From the NCBI GenBank assembly GCA_964447335.1, contig CAYUSA010000008.1, forward strand, positions 4,863-68,862: a DNA stretch of 64,000 nt. Direction: 5' to 3'. The position numbers and the translations under genes are program-made. The stretch is from an uncultured Actinomycetes bacterium (lineage in GTDB: Bacteria; Actinomycetota; UBA4738; HRBIN12). The notes under the pieces are model-generated. The model was given only the letters and a program-made list of their open reading frames with translations. It searched no databases and was not told the origin of the DNA. This document shows, piece after piece, positions 48,991 to 58,639 of this stretch (positions are counted from its first letter, which is position 1; every line of letters starts with the position of its first letter).

Positions 48991-51327
48991 ATGCCCGACT
49001 GGCTCGACGCCGTCCGCGCCGCCGCCGCGGCCGCGCCCCCACCCACGGAGGGCGAGCTCACGCTCCCCGGCCTCACGGACCCCGTCGAGGTCCTGCGCGA
49101 CCCCTGGGGGGTCCCGCACGTCTACGCCGCGAACCCCGACGACCTGTTCCGCGCGCAGGGGTTCGTCGTGGCGTCGGAGCGCCTCTTCCAGATCGACTTC
49201 CTGCTCCGCCTCGCGAACGGCCGGCTCGCGGGGATGATCGGGGACCTCGGCCTCGCCTCGGACCGGTTCGCGCGAACGGTCGGCTGGAACCGCGCAGGCA
49301 CGCGGATCGCGGCCGGCTGGGACGAGGAGTCGCGCCGCATGACCTCGGCGTTCCGCGACGGCGCGAGGGCCTGGCTCCACGCCATGGCAGCGCCGCCGGT
49401 CGAGTACGCGGTGCTCGGCCTCGCCCCGGACCTGCCCGAGGACGACGCCTCGTGGGCCGCCGGGAGCGTGTGGATCGCGTGGACCCTGAGCGGGAACTGG
49501 GACGAGGAGCTCCTGCGTGCCGAGATCGCCGAGCGCCTCGGCCCCGAGGCCATCCGCGACCTGTTCCCGGACCTGCCGGAGCACCCGGCCTTCCCCGTCG
49601 CCGGGCGGCGGGCCGGCCTCTCGGGACTCGACCTGCTGCGCGAGGCGCCGGACCGAGCACCGGGCCAGGGCTCGAACAACTGGGTCGTGTCCGGCTCGCG
49701 GAGCACGACCGGCAAGCCGCTCCTCGCGAACGATCCGCACCTCGCCGTGCTCACGCCGTCGATCTGGATCGAGTGCCACCTGTCGGCACCGGGCTACGAG
49801 GCCGCCGGCGTGTGCCTCCCGTTCGCGCCCGGCGTCGTCATCGGGCGGACCGCTCGACACGCGTGGGGGTTCACGAACGTCGGGGGTGACACCCAGGACC
49901 TGTACCTCGAGCGGCTGAACGAGGATCGCACCGCCGCCGAGTTCGAGGGCTCGTGGGAGCCGCTCACAGTCCACCGCGAGGAGATCTCGGTCCGCGGCCG
50001 CGACGAGCCCGAGGTGCTCGAGGTCCGAGAGACGCGCCACGGCCCGATCCTGGACTCCTACGTCGTCGGCATCGCCCAGCCCGATGTGGTGGAGGGCGGC
50101 ATCCGCCAGACCTACGCGCTCCGGTGGACCGGGGCCGAGTGCACGATCGCGCCCGCGACCCTCGCACGGATCGCGGCGGCGACGAGCTTCGAGACGTTCC
50201 GCGAGGCCGTGCGCGGATGGGAGGCGCCCGGCCAGAACATGCTCTACGCCGACGAGGACGGGGCGATCGGATACCAGTGCACCGGCCGCTACCCCGTGCG
50301 CCGGAGCGGCGACGGCACGATGCCCGTCCCCGGCTGGACCGCCGAGCACGAGTGGGACGGCTGGATCGCGTTCGAGGACCTGCCGTGGGACCTCGACCCG
50401 CCGCAGGGCTACCTCGCCACCGCCAACAACCGCATCCACGGTCCCGACTACCCCCACCTCATCGGCCACGACTTCACGCCGCCCGCCCGGATCCGCCGGA
50501 TCGGGCAGCTGCTGGATGCCACGCCCGTCCACTCCCCCGAGACCTTCGCCGCGATGCAGGCAGACACCGTGTCGATCCCGGCGCGGGAGCTCGCGACGAT
50601 CCTCGCGGGCGTGGAGCCGGCCGACGAGCGGCAGCGCTCCGCGATCGCCCTGCTCGGGGGATGGGACGGCGACCTGTCCGCCGACTCGAGCGCGGCGTGC
50701 GTGTACGAGGCCTGGTGCCACCACGTCGCCGAGCTCACCCTGCGTCCGGCCCTCGGCGACGAGCTCTTCACGCACGGCTACGGTCGCGCGAGCTCGACCG
50801 GCGGGTGGCGCGCGCTCGTGCTCCCCCACCTGCTCGCGACGCCGACCGCCCGATGGTTCGGGCAGGACGGCGAGGCCTCGCGCGACGAGGTGCTGCGCCG
50901 AGCTCTCGATGCCGCGCTCGACGAGCTCGAGGAGCTCCTCGGCCCAGGTCCCGCGGCCTGGCGCTGGGGGGACCTCCACCGCGTGACCTTCGCCGGGCCA
51001 CTCGCCGCGTTCCCCGGCCTCGGCGAGCTGTTCACGGCCGGCGTCGTGGAGAAGGGGGGCGACGACGACACGATCGACCAGGGCGCGTACGAGCCCGAAC
51101 GCCGGTACGGCGCCGTCGTCATCGCCTCATGGCGGCAGATCCAGGACCTCGCCGATCCGGACGGCTCGGTCGGGGCACACACGACCGGGCAGTCCGGTCA
51201 TCCGGCGTCGCCGCACTGGAACGACCTCGTGCCGCTCTGGTCGGCCGGCGAGCGCCACCCCCTGCCGTTCACGCGGCCGGCGGTCGAGGCGGTCGCGACG
51301 ACCGCGATGACCCTCGTGCCGCGGTAA
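48991..51327 (+). CDS. Penicillin acylase family (Ntn-hydrolase)
   Basis: RDPWGVPHVYA, GSNNW nucleophile, LANDPHL, ANN, GQSG; no signal peptide. Confidence 0.92.
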   Translation: MPDWLDAVRAAAAAAPPPTEGELTLPGLTDPVEVLRDPWGVPHVYAANPDDLFRAQGFVVASERLFQIDFLLRLANGRLAGMIGDLGLASDRFARTVGWNRAGTRIAAGWDEESRRMTSAFRDGARAWLHAMAAPPVEYAVLGLAPDLPEDDASWAAGSVWIAWTLSGNWDEELLRAEIAERLGPEAIRDLFPDLPEHPAFPVAGRRAGLSGLDLLREAPDRAPGQGSNNWVVSGSRSTTGKPLLANDPHLAVLTPSIWIECHLSAPGYEAAGVCLPFAPGVVIGRTARHAWGFTNVGGDTQDLYLERLNEDRTAAEFEGSWEPLTVHREEISVRGRDEPEVLEVRETRHGPILDSYVVGIAQPDVVEGGIRQTYALRWTGAECTIAPATLARIAAATSFETFREAVRGWEAPGQNMLYADEDGAIGYQCTGRYPVRRSGDGTMPVPGWTAEHEWDGWIAFEDLPWDLDPPQGYLATANNRIHGPDYPHLIGHDFTPPARIRRIGQLLDATPVHSPETFAAMQADTVSIPARELATILAGVEPADERQRSAIALLGGWDGDLSADSSAACVYEAWCHHVAELTLRPALGDELFTHGYGRASSTGGWRALVLPHLLATPTARWFGQDGEASRDEVLRRALDAALDELEELLGPGPAAWRWGDLHRVTFAGPLAAFPGLGELFTAGVVEKGGDDDTIDQGAYEPERRYGAVVIASWRQIQDLADPDGSVGAHTTGQSGHPASPHWNDLVPLWSAGERHPLPFTRPAVEAVATTAMTLVPR

Positions 51328-51338
51328 CATCCCCGGCG

Positions 51339-51584
51339 ATGCCGAAGTCAAAGCCCCGCCAGCGCGACCGCCGCCGTCCGTACGCGGCGCCGCCCCCGAA
51401 GAAGAAGCCGAAGGCCAGTCCTCGCTGGTACGGCGTCCTGGTGATCGGTCTCATGGGCGTCGGGGTCGCGATGATCGTCCTGAACTACATGGGCATCCTG
51501 CCGGGCGACACGCGGCAGTTCTGGCTCTGGCTCGGGCTCGGCCTGATCGCCGGGGGCTTCATCGCCGCCACCCAGTGGCGCTGA
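51339..51584 (+). CDS. crgA: Cell division protein CrgA
   Basis: MPKSK N-terminus, SPRWY, two TM, C-terminal ATQWR. Confidence 0.88.
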   Translation: MPKSKPRQRDRRRPYAAPPPKKKPKASPRWYGVLVIGLMGVGVAMIVLNYMGILPGDTRQFWLWLGLGLIAGGFIAATQWR

Positions 51585-51599
51585 GCTCAGGCCCGCGAA

Positions 51600-51738
51600 T
51601 CACAACCCTGTAACTTTCCACACCGTCGTCCACACCTGTGGGTTGTGACCGGGCATGAGCCGAGATGTGGACAAACCCGTCCGAACGGTGGAGAACCGGG
51701 GGACCCACGGTGCACGGGCGCTCGGGTTCGGGGGATAA
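51600..51738. promoter_or_regulatory. Cluster of DnaA-box-like nonamers downstream of crgA
   Basis: Perfect TTGTCCACA (minus, 51666-51674) plus CTTTCCACA 51614, TCGTCCACA 51626, TTCTCCACC (minus, 51687), TTATCCCCC (minus, 51730). Confidence 0.72.
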
Positions 51739-51745
51739 GCCTCGG

Positions 51746-52009
51746 CTACGGCGACGAGCCCGGCGAGCGCCGGACGACCTCCATCGGCTCGCCGCAGTGA
51801 CGAGGGATCTGGAGCTCGCCGAGCCGGGTCACCTGGAACTCGGTCCCGCACTCCCGGCAGACGAGGTGGACCTCGAGCTCCTGGACGTCCTCGATCTCGG
51901 GGCGTTCCCTCGGGCCGGGCCCGGACGCCGCCCGGAGCGCCATGATGCCGACCCACGCGATCACCACAGCCATCACGATCGCCGAGAGCACGACGAGGAT
52001 GATCTCCAC
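51746..52009 (-). CDS. Small membrane-anchored zinc-ribbon protein
   Basis: TM then CRECG...PRHCGEPM; TAGACT 7 nt before GTG. Confidence 0.75.
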   Translation of the reverse strand: MEIILVVLSAIVMAVVIAWVGIMALRAASGPGPRERPEIEDVQELEVHLVCRECGTEFQVTRLGELQIPRHCGEPMEVVRRSPGSSP

Positions 52010-52288
52010 GGCAAGGAGTCTACGCAGCGGGCCCGCGCGACCCGTCTCGACCGCTCGCGCCGGCCTCGCCGGGAGCCCGCTGCCGAGATGTCCAACGGAC
52101 CCTCCCGCTGCGGGCCATTCGGCCTCTCGACGCACCGCGCACGTTCGCCAGTCTTGCTCCGTAGCCGTTCTCGCTGGGGAGGCTTGATACATCGACGAAG
52201 CCGCTGTTCGATAGGTATCTGGGCGGCACCGGGCCGGACCCGGCGGCCGCCTCGTTCATCCGCTCGAGGGCCGACTGGAGGACACCGC

Positions 52289-53650
52289 ATGAGTGAGTTC
52301 GTCAACAAGCTGATGGCCGACGTGACGGCGAAGAATCCGGGCGAGCCCGAGTTCCATCAGGCCGTCCAGGAGGTCGCAGAGTCCGTCGAGCTGGTGCTCG
52401 ACCGCAACCCGAAGTACCGCGAGATGAAGGTCCTCGAGCGCATCATCGAGCCCGAGCGCGTGATCATGTTCCGCGTCCCGTGGGTGGACGACCAAGGCGA
52501 GGTCCAGGTCAACAAGGGCTACCGCGTCGAGATGAACAGCGCGATCGGCCCCTACAAGGGCGGCCTGCGCTTCCACCCGACCGTGTACCTCGGCATGCTC
52601 AAGTTCCTCGCGTTCGAGCAGGTCTTCAAGAACGCCCTCACGACGCTCCCGATGGGCGGCGGCAAGGGTGGATCGAACTTCGACCCGAAGGGCAAGAGCG
52701 ACGGCGAGGTCATGCGCTTCACGCAGTCGTTCATGACCGAGCTCTCGCGGCACATCGGGCAGTTCACCGACGTGCCCGCCGGCGACATCGGCGTGGGCGG
52801 CCGCGAGATCGGCTTCCTGTTCGGCCAGTACAAGCGGATCCGCAACGAGTTCGTCGGCGTCCTGACGGGCAAGGGCATCGACTGGGGCGGCTCGCTCATC
52901 CGTCCCGAGGCGACGGGCTACGGGGCCGTCTACTTCGCCGAGGAGATGCTCGAGACGCGGAGCGAGACGCTCGAGGGCAAGACCGCCCTCGTGTCCGGGA
53001 GCGGCAACGTGGCCCAGTTCGCGTCCGAGAAGCTGCTGGATTTCGGCGCGAAGCCCATCACCCTCTCGGACTCGGGCGGCGTGGTCCACGACCCGGCCGG
53101 CATCGACCGCGAGAAGCTCGCGTACATCATGGACCTGAAGAACGTGCAGCGCGGGCGCATCAGCGAGTACGCGGAGAAGTTCCCGGGCGTCACGTTCATC
53201 CCGGCGGACCCGAAGGCCGACCACAACCCGCTGTGGGACATCCCCGCGGACACGGCCTTCCCGAGCGCCACGCAAAACGAGATCAACGCGAAGGACGCCG
53301 CGAACCTGCTGAACAACGGCGTGTACGTGGTGAGCGAGGGCGCGAACATGCCCACGGTCCCCGACGGGATCCAGCAGTTCGTCTCGGCCGGCATCCTGTA
53401 CGGCCCCGGCAAGGCCGCGAACGCCGGTGGCGTCGCGACCTCGGGCCTGGAGATGTCGCAGAACAGCCTCCGCCTCGCGTGGACGCGCGAGGAGGTCGAC
53501 GCCCGCCTGCACGGCATCATGAAGGCGATCCACAAGCAGGCGAAGGACACGGCCGAGGAGTACGGCACGCCCGGCAACTACGTGAACGGCGCGAACATCG
53601 CCGGTTTCGTCAAGATCGCCGACGCGATGCTCGACCAGGGCATCGTCTAG
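52289..53650 (+). CDS. gdhA: NADP-specific glutamate dehydrogenase
   Basis: EPEFHQAV, GPYKGGLRFH, MGGGKGG, DVPAGDIGVG, RPEATGYG, SGSGNVA, GKAANAGGV. Confidence 0.96.
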   Translation: MSEFVNKLMADVTAKNPGEPEFHQAVQEVAESVELVLDRNPKYREMKVLERIIEPERVIMFRVPWVDDQGEVQVNKGYRVEMNSAIGPYKGGLRFHPTVYLGMLKFLAFEQVFKNALTTLPMGGGKGGSNFDPKGKSDGEVMRFTQSFMTELSRHIGQFTDVPAGDIGVGGREIGFLFGQYKRIRNEFVGVLTGKGIDWGGSLIRPEATGYGAVYFAEEMLETRSETLEGKTALVSGSGNVAQFASEKLLDFGAKPITLSDSGGVVHDPAGIDREKLAYIMDLKNVQRGRISEYAEKFPGVTFIPADPKADHNPLWDIPADTAFPSATQNEINAKDAANLLNNGVYVVSEGANMPTVPDGIQQFVSAGILYGPGKAANAGGVATSGLEMSQNSLRLAWTREEVDARLHGIMKAIHKQAKDTAEEYGTPGNYVNGANIAGFVKIADAMLDQGIV

Positions 53651-53667
53651 CACACGCACGCAGGGCT

Positions 53668-53698
53668 GCGGCCGGTCGTCGATCCGGCGGCCGGCCGC
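53668..53698 (+). terminator. GC-rich hairpin after gdhA
   Basis: GCGGCCGGTCGTC / GGCGGCCGGCCGC stem (with G-U pairs) followed by a short T-rich stretch. Confidence 0.5.
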
Positions 53699-53776
53699 CG
53701 TCTTGTGCGGAACCGGCCCCGCGGGGTACAACGGGGCCTCCATATCGGTGGGGGCCGAGCGGAAAGGGATCCCGCC

Positions 53777-54118
53777 ATGAAGAAGATCGAGTGCTACATC
53801 CAGCCGTTCGACTTCGACACTGTCGCGCGAGCGATGGCCGTCGAGGGCGTCGTCGGCATGAGCGTCACCGAGGTCAAGGGCTTCGGCGTGCAGCGCGGGT
53901 TCCGCCTGGGCGAGGACCCGCCCCCCGGCGACTACATCTTCCACCCGAAGATGAAGGTGGAGATGGTCGTCGCGGACGAAGACGTTGAACGGATCATCGA
54001 GGCCATCAAGGGCTCGCTGAAGAGCCACATGATCGGCGAGGGCAAGATCTTCGTGACGGCCGTCGACGACGCGATCCGGACGCGGACCGGCGAGCGCGGC
54101 AGGGACGCGATCCGCTAG
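53777..54118 (+). CDS. P-II family nitrogen regulator with atypical T-loop
   Basis: MKKIE..I.P, GMSVTEVKGFG.Q.G, PK.K.E.VV, IGEGKIFV, RTRTGE.G. Confidence 0.92.
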   Translation: MKKIECYIQPFDFDTVARAMAVEGVVGMSVTEVKGFGVQRGFRLGEDPPPGDYIFHPKMKVEMVVADEDVERIIEAIKGSLKSHMIGEGKIFVTAVDDAIRTRTGERGRDAIR

Positions 54119-54267
54119 GACCAGCGCTACGGGTCCCGATACCGGGCCCAGATCTCGTGCTTGCTCGCTGCTCCGCGGGCTGACGTAGTAGAGGACCCGC
54201 ACGCCCTCGCGCGCCCGAGGCACCCGTGAACAGGATCACCTCCCCATCATGCCGCTTCCGGCGCGAT

Positions 54268-54293
54268 GGAACCCATGCGAACGGTCGGGCGTC
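54268..54293 (+). promoter_or_regulatory. ECF-type promoter upstream of ECF sigma gene (likely autoregulatory)
   Basis: GGAAC-N17-CGTC, 12 nt upstream of ATG 54306. Confidence 0.5.
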
Positions 54294-54305
54294 TTGCGCT
54301 TCGAG

Positions 54306-54830
54306 ATGATGGACGCCGTGACGACGGACGCCCCCGTGGGGGTCGAGCGTTCCGAGGGAGGGCTCGACGAGCTGTACCGGCGACACGTGGACGACGCGCT
54401 CGGCCTCGCGTACCTGCTCACCGGAGACCGGGCACTCGCAGAGGATCTCGTCCAGGACGCGTTCGTGAGGGTGCTGGGACGGTTCCACGACCTGCGCAGC
54501 CGTGATGCCTTCTGGTGGTACCTCCGCCGCACGATCGTGAACCTGTCGAACTCCTACTTCCGCCGCCGCCGGGTTGAACGGGCGTGGCTCGAGCGCCAGC
54601 GCCCCGAGACCGCCGCTCCCCCCGGCCCCGACCTCGGGGAGCGCGACCGGATCCTCGCAGCCCTCATGACGCTCCGGCCCGAGCAGCGCACGGCCGTCGT
54701 GCTCCGCTACTACGAGGACCTGACCGAGGCCGACACCGCCGAGGCGCTCGGCCGGCCGATCGGCACGGTGAAGTCGATGGTGTCCCGCGGGATGGACCGA
54801 CTGCGCGAGGAGTTGGGTGACGATGCCTGA
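54306..54830 (+). CDS. ECF sigma-70 factor (actinobacterial SigE-like)
   Basis: LAYLLTGD...AEDLVQDAF, YLRRTIVN, VVLRYYEDLTEA, GTVKS. Confidence 0.92.
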   Translation: MMDAVTTDAPVGVERSEGGLDELYRRHVDDALGLAYLLTGDRALAEDLVQDAFVRVLGRFHDLRSRDAFWWYLRRTIVNLSNSYFRRRRVERAWLERQRPETAAPPGPDLGERDRILAALMTLRPEQRTAVVLRYYEDLTEADTAEALGRPIGTVKSMVSRGMDRLREELGDDA

Positions 54831-56235
54831 TCTCGAGACCCGTCTGCCCGAGCTGCTCCGCCACGCCGCTGGAGGTTCGCAGCCCGACCTCTCCTTCAAT
54901 CGTCGCGCGCTCCGTCGCGCCCGCCGTCGCCGGGCCCTGAACGCTTCGATGGCTGGGCTGGCGGCGATCGCGCTGGTCGCCGGCACCGTGCTCGGCGCTC
55001 GGGGCCTCATGCGCTCGAACGGCACGAGCCCCTTGGACGAGGGTCCGACCCCCGGCCCGGGTGTCGTGACGACGCCCCTGCGCGCGATCTGGCCCGAAAC
55101 CACGGCCGAGGCGCTCGGCGCCGCGCAGGTGCGTGCGGACGTTGGCGAGGTCGCCTGGCGTCTGGACCCCGTGCAGACCGCGGCCGCCTTCGCGACCGAC
55201 GTCCTCGGCTGGGACGCGACCGACGTCCAGGCCGAGGAGACGGGTCGCCCGCGTTCCGGCACGGCGTTCGTGTCGATCTCGAACCTCGGGCTCGGCCCCG
55301 CCGAGGGCGCATCAACCCCCGCACCGCCCGAAACCGTCGTCACGCTCCAGCGACTCGGCGAGACCGGGGAGACCGGCGTGTGGTCCGTGACCCTCGCCGA
55401 CACCCGGCACATCGAGATCGTGAGCTTCAACCAGCCGGCCGGCCAGGTCTTCCCCGTCGGATACCTCACCGATGTCCTTGAGGAGTGGCAGCTCGGCATC
55501 TGGCCGATCGTGGAGGGGCACCTGGTCGTCGAGGGCATCACCACAGAGGGCACCGGCGGCCGCGTGCAGCTCGACGGCTCGAGCTTCAGCGCCTCGCTGC
55601 AGGTGCCCCCTGAGCTCATCCCCGAGGGCACGACCATCATCGGCATCCTGCTCGGGCTCTGGGATCCGGAGGGCACGATCGTGGCCGCGGAGGCCTTCCC
55701 CTACGCCGTCACGACGCTCGGCTGGGGCCCCACCGGCGCGACGGGCGCAACAGGCTCGGGCGCCACAGGATCCACCGGCTCCGGTCTCACCGGCGCGACC
55801 GGTCCGGTCCCCGAGGTCTCGGCCGCGGCGCTCGCCACGCGGGATGCGATCGCCATCGCCGCGGAGACCCGGGACTTCGACACGCTCGAGGCGCTCATCG
55901 ACCCCGACCACTTCTCCTACAACTTCGACGACGGCAGCAACCCGGTCCCGGTGTGGCGCACGGACCCGGCGGTGCTCGACACGCTCGCGACGATCCTGCA
56001 GATGCCCTTCACGACGACGGAGGCCGCGGGCGTCGGCACGACCTACGTGTGGCCGTCGCTCACCGACGCCGATCTCGCGGCCCTCACCCCGGACGAGTCC
56101 GTCATGCTCGAGACGCTCGGCACCACCGATGCCAACGTGCAGGCGATGCTCGACGCCTTCGGGGGGTACGCGGGTCCGCGCACGGGCATCGCCGAGGACG
56201 GGACCTGGCTCTTCTACGCGATCGGCGGCGACTGA
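54817..56235 (+). CDS. Membrane-anchored protein downstream of ECF sigma (putative anti-sigma)
   Basis: Basic RRARRRR then TM; extracellular domains with GPTGATG linker; overlaps sigma stop. Confidence 0.75.
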   Translation: MTMPDLETRLPELLRHAAGGSQPDLSFNRRALRRARRRRALNASMAGLAAIALVAGTVLGARGLMRSNGTSPLDEGPTPGPGVVTTPLRAIWPETTAEALGAAQVRADVGEVAWRLDPVQTAAAFATDVLGWDATDVQAEETGRPRSGTAFVSISNLGLGPAEGASTPAPPETVVTLQRLGETGETGVWSVTLADTRHIEIVSFNQPAGQVFPVGYLTDVLEEWQLGIWPIVEGHLVVEGITTEGTGGRVQLDGSSFSASLQVPPELIPEGTTIIGILLGLWDPEGTIVAAEAFPYAVTTLGWGPTGATGATGSGATGSTGSGLTGATGPVPEVSAAALATRDAIAIAAETRDFDTLEALIDPDHFSYNFDDGSNPVPVWRTDPAVLDTLATILQMPFTTTEAAGVGTTYVWPSLTDADLAALTPDESVMLETLGTTDANVQAMLDAFGGYAGPRTGIAEDGTWLFYAIGGD

Positions 56236-56238
56236 GCG

Positions 56239-58050
56239 CTACGGCAGCGTGATGTGGCGGCGGAGGAACTCGAGCACCGTGCTCCACTCGCGGATCTCCT
56301 CGTCCACGATGAAGGAGCTGTGGCCCTCGCCGTAGCTGTACACCTCGACCTCGCCGCCGGCGTCGCGGAGCGCGTTCACGTAGTTGTAGGACTGCTGCGG
56401 CACGCACCGCGTGTCGTGCTCGCCGATCAGCACGAGCACCGGCGCCGCCACCCGGTCGACGTACGTGATCGGGGAGCGCTCGGCGACGAACTCGGGCACG
56501 TCGTGCACGATGCCGCCGACCAGCGTGCGGTCGTAGGCCTGCAGCGAGGGCGCCGAGTCGTCGTAGGACGCCATGTAGTCCCCGACCGGGACGCCCGCGA
56601 CCCCCGCCGCGAAACGGTCCGGATAGGTTCCGAGCGCAAGCAGCGTCGTGTACCCGCCCCACGACCAGCCGCCGATGACCGCGCGCGCCGGGTCGACCAC
56701 TCCTCGCGCGACGAGGTCGTCCAGGCCGGCCACCGTGTCCGCGACCTCGGGGAAGCCGATGTTGCCGATGATGTGGTCGCGGAAGCTCCGCCCGTACCCG
56801 GTCGAGCCGCGGTAGTTCACCATCCCGACCACGAACCCGGCGTCCACGAGCATCTGCACGTCCGGCCACCACGTGTCCTCGTAGAGCCAGCTCGGGCCAC
56901 CGTGCACCTTCAGGAACAAGGGGTGGGGACCCTCGCCCTCGGGGAACACGAGCCAGCCGTGGATCAGGTCACCGGCCGGGTTGTGGAACAGCCACTCCTG
57001 GTACGGGCGGCCCGTGCGCAGGCCGGGCTCGGCCGGCGTCAGGAGCTCGTTGCCCGCGTCGTCCAGGAGCCGCGAGGCCTCGTGGCCGCTCGAGACGCGC
57101 ATCCACACCGAGCCGTCGGGGCGCACGCGCGCGCCGTGCACCTCGCCCGTCGGCTGGCGCACCTCGACGAGCGTGCCGGTCGCGAGGTCGTAGTGGTGCA
57201 GGCGCGAACGCCCCCGGAACAGGTGGGCCACGAGGATCGAGCCCGCGTCCGGCCACCAGTCCACGGGGATGACCTCGCCCGGGAGGTCGAACCGCAGGTC
57301 GGTCCTCTCGCCCATCGCGAGGTCCCAGATCGCCGGCCTCGCGAGGTCCTCGCGCTCGTGAAGGATCAGCAGCCGCCGGTCGCCGGGGACGGGCGACCAG
57401 GCGAAGGCGTCGAGGCCGAGGCCCGGGCCGTCGGCGAGCTCGGCGACGACCGCGCCCGTCGACGGGTCGAGCACGACGAGCTTGCGGTGGATGTTGTCCC
57501 CGTCCTGCGCGGAGGTCACGCACAGCAGGTCCTCGTCGGCGGACAGGCCGCCGTGCTCGAAGCCCTCGACGTGGAAGTCGGTTCCGCCGATGCCGAGCTG
57601 GTCGACGTCGCGGTGGATCTCCTTCGCGGGCCCGCCGTCCTGCGAGACGTAGACGGCGAAGCCGGAGCGGTCCGCGAGCACGCCCGCCACGCGCCGACGC
57701 CCGATCGCGAGCCCGTCGGGCCAGCCGACCGGCGCGCCGGGAAGGAGCTCGCGCGGCTCGCCGCCCTCGAAGGGCATCGCGAGCCACCGGCCGGTCTCGT
57801 CGCCCGTCGGGTCCGAGAACCAGACGACCTGCGACCCGTCGGCCGTCACGCTCGCGTAGACGACGCCGACCGGCTCGTCCGTGACGCGGCGGCGCTCACC
57901 CGTGTCGCGGTTCCACATGACAGCCTGGAAGGTTCCCTCTTCGTCCGAGGTCAGCACGAGGCGGTCGGGCGCGGATGGCGACCACACCGGCAGGGTGAGG
58001 GTCCGGGCGCGGAAGCGCTCCTGCCAAACGGGTGTGGGCCGGCGGGACAT
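56239..58050 (-). CDS. S9 family prolyl oligopeptidase / acylaminoacyl peptidase
   Basis: HGGP, NYRGSTGYG, GWSWGG nucleophile, DTRC, EGH. Confidence 0.93.
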   Translation of the reverse strand: MSRRPTPVWQERFRARTLTLPVWSPSAPDRLVLTSDEEGTFQAVMWNRDTGERRRVTDEPVGVVYASVTADGSQVVWFSDPTGDETGRWLAMPFEGGEPRELLPGAPVGWPDGLAIGRRRVAGVLADRSGFAVYVSQDGGPAKEIHRDVDQLGIGGTDFHVEGFEHGGLSADEDLLCVTSAQDGDNIHRKLVVLDPSTGAVVAELADGPGLGLDAFAWSPVPGDRRLLILHEREDLARPAIWDLAMGERTDLRFDLPGEVIPVDWWPDAGSILVAHLFRGRSRLHHYDLATGTLVEVRQPTGEVHGARVRPDGSVWMRVSSGHEASRLLDDAGNELLTPAEPGLRTGRPYQEWLFHNPAGDLIHGWLVFPEGEGPHPLFLKVHGGPSWLYEDTWWPDVQMLVDAGFVVGMVNYRGSTGYGRSFRDHIIGNIGFPEVADTVAGLDDLVARGVVDPARAVIGGWSWGGYTTLLALGTYPDRFAAGVAGVPVGDYMASYDDSAPSLQAYDRTLVGGIVHDVPEFVAERSPITYVDRVAAPVLVLIGEHDTRCVPQQSYNYVNALRDAGGEVEVYSYGEGHSSFIVDEEIREWSTVLEFLRRHITLP

Positions 58051-58080
58051 CGGCCGGAGCCTACCAACCGTGCCGGTCGC

Positions 58081-58590
58081 CTACACGCCGGGGACCAGGG
58101 TCACCGGAACCTCGACGAGATGCTTCGCGGTGCCCCCGCCGCCCACCTCGAAGACCTGGACGGTCCCCGGTTGCGTGGCCTCGACGAAGAACGCGAGCGC
58201 GACCCGGAACCCGCCCGAGCACCCTGCGCCGCAGTCCACCTCGACGTTCATCGACGCGACCTCCATCCCCGTCGCGTCCACGATGCGGACGAGGACGCTG
58301 CCGCTCGAGGTCCTCGCGACGCCGCGCACGACCACGGGGCTCAAGATCTGATCGTCCGGGAGCGGCGCCTTCACGAAGATCGGCTCTCCCGTGGGGGACC
58401 CGGGCTCCGCGGGTGGCGACGTCGTGCCGGAAGCCGACGGGCTGATCGGGATCGAGATCGAGACCGACGGCGATGGAGGGATCGTCGGGCTGCGACTGCC
58501 GAGAGCCTCCGCCCCGCGCTCGATCCCCTCGGTGCAGGCCGTGGCCCCGGCGGAGACGACGAGCATGAGCACCACGATGCGCGAACGCAT
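58081..58590 (-). CDS. Lipoprotein with Gmad2-like Ig domain
   Basis: Signal ending GATAC; IFVKAP...SPVVVRG.A, CGAGCSG.F, GTVQVFE. Confidence 0.75.
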   Translation of the reverse strand: MRSRIVVLMLVVSAGATACTEGIERGAEALGSRSPTIPPSPSVSISIPISPSASGTTSPPAEPGSPTGEPIFVKAPLPDDQILSPVVVRGVARTSSGSVLVRIVDATGMEVASMNVEVDCGAGCSGGFRVALAFFVEATQPGTVQVFEVGGGGTAKHLVEVPVTLVPGV

Positions 58591-58639
58591 GATCCCCCGA
58601 TGATGGCACGCGCCACCGAGGTGAGCGCGGCCAGGTCGC

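Noticed and set aside
52020-52288. Glutamine riboswitch or GlnR box upstream of gdhA
   Set aside because: Only fragments (CGTTCATC; GATAC-N6-GAAGC) without the rest of either consensus.
55725-55810. GxT repeats (GPTGATG) here and at the PknB C-terminus as collagen-like domains
   Set aside because: Too short and interrupted for a triple helix; more likely flexible linkers.
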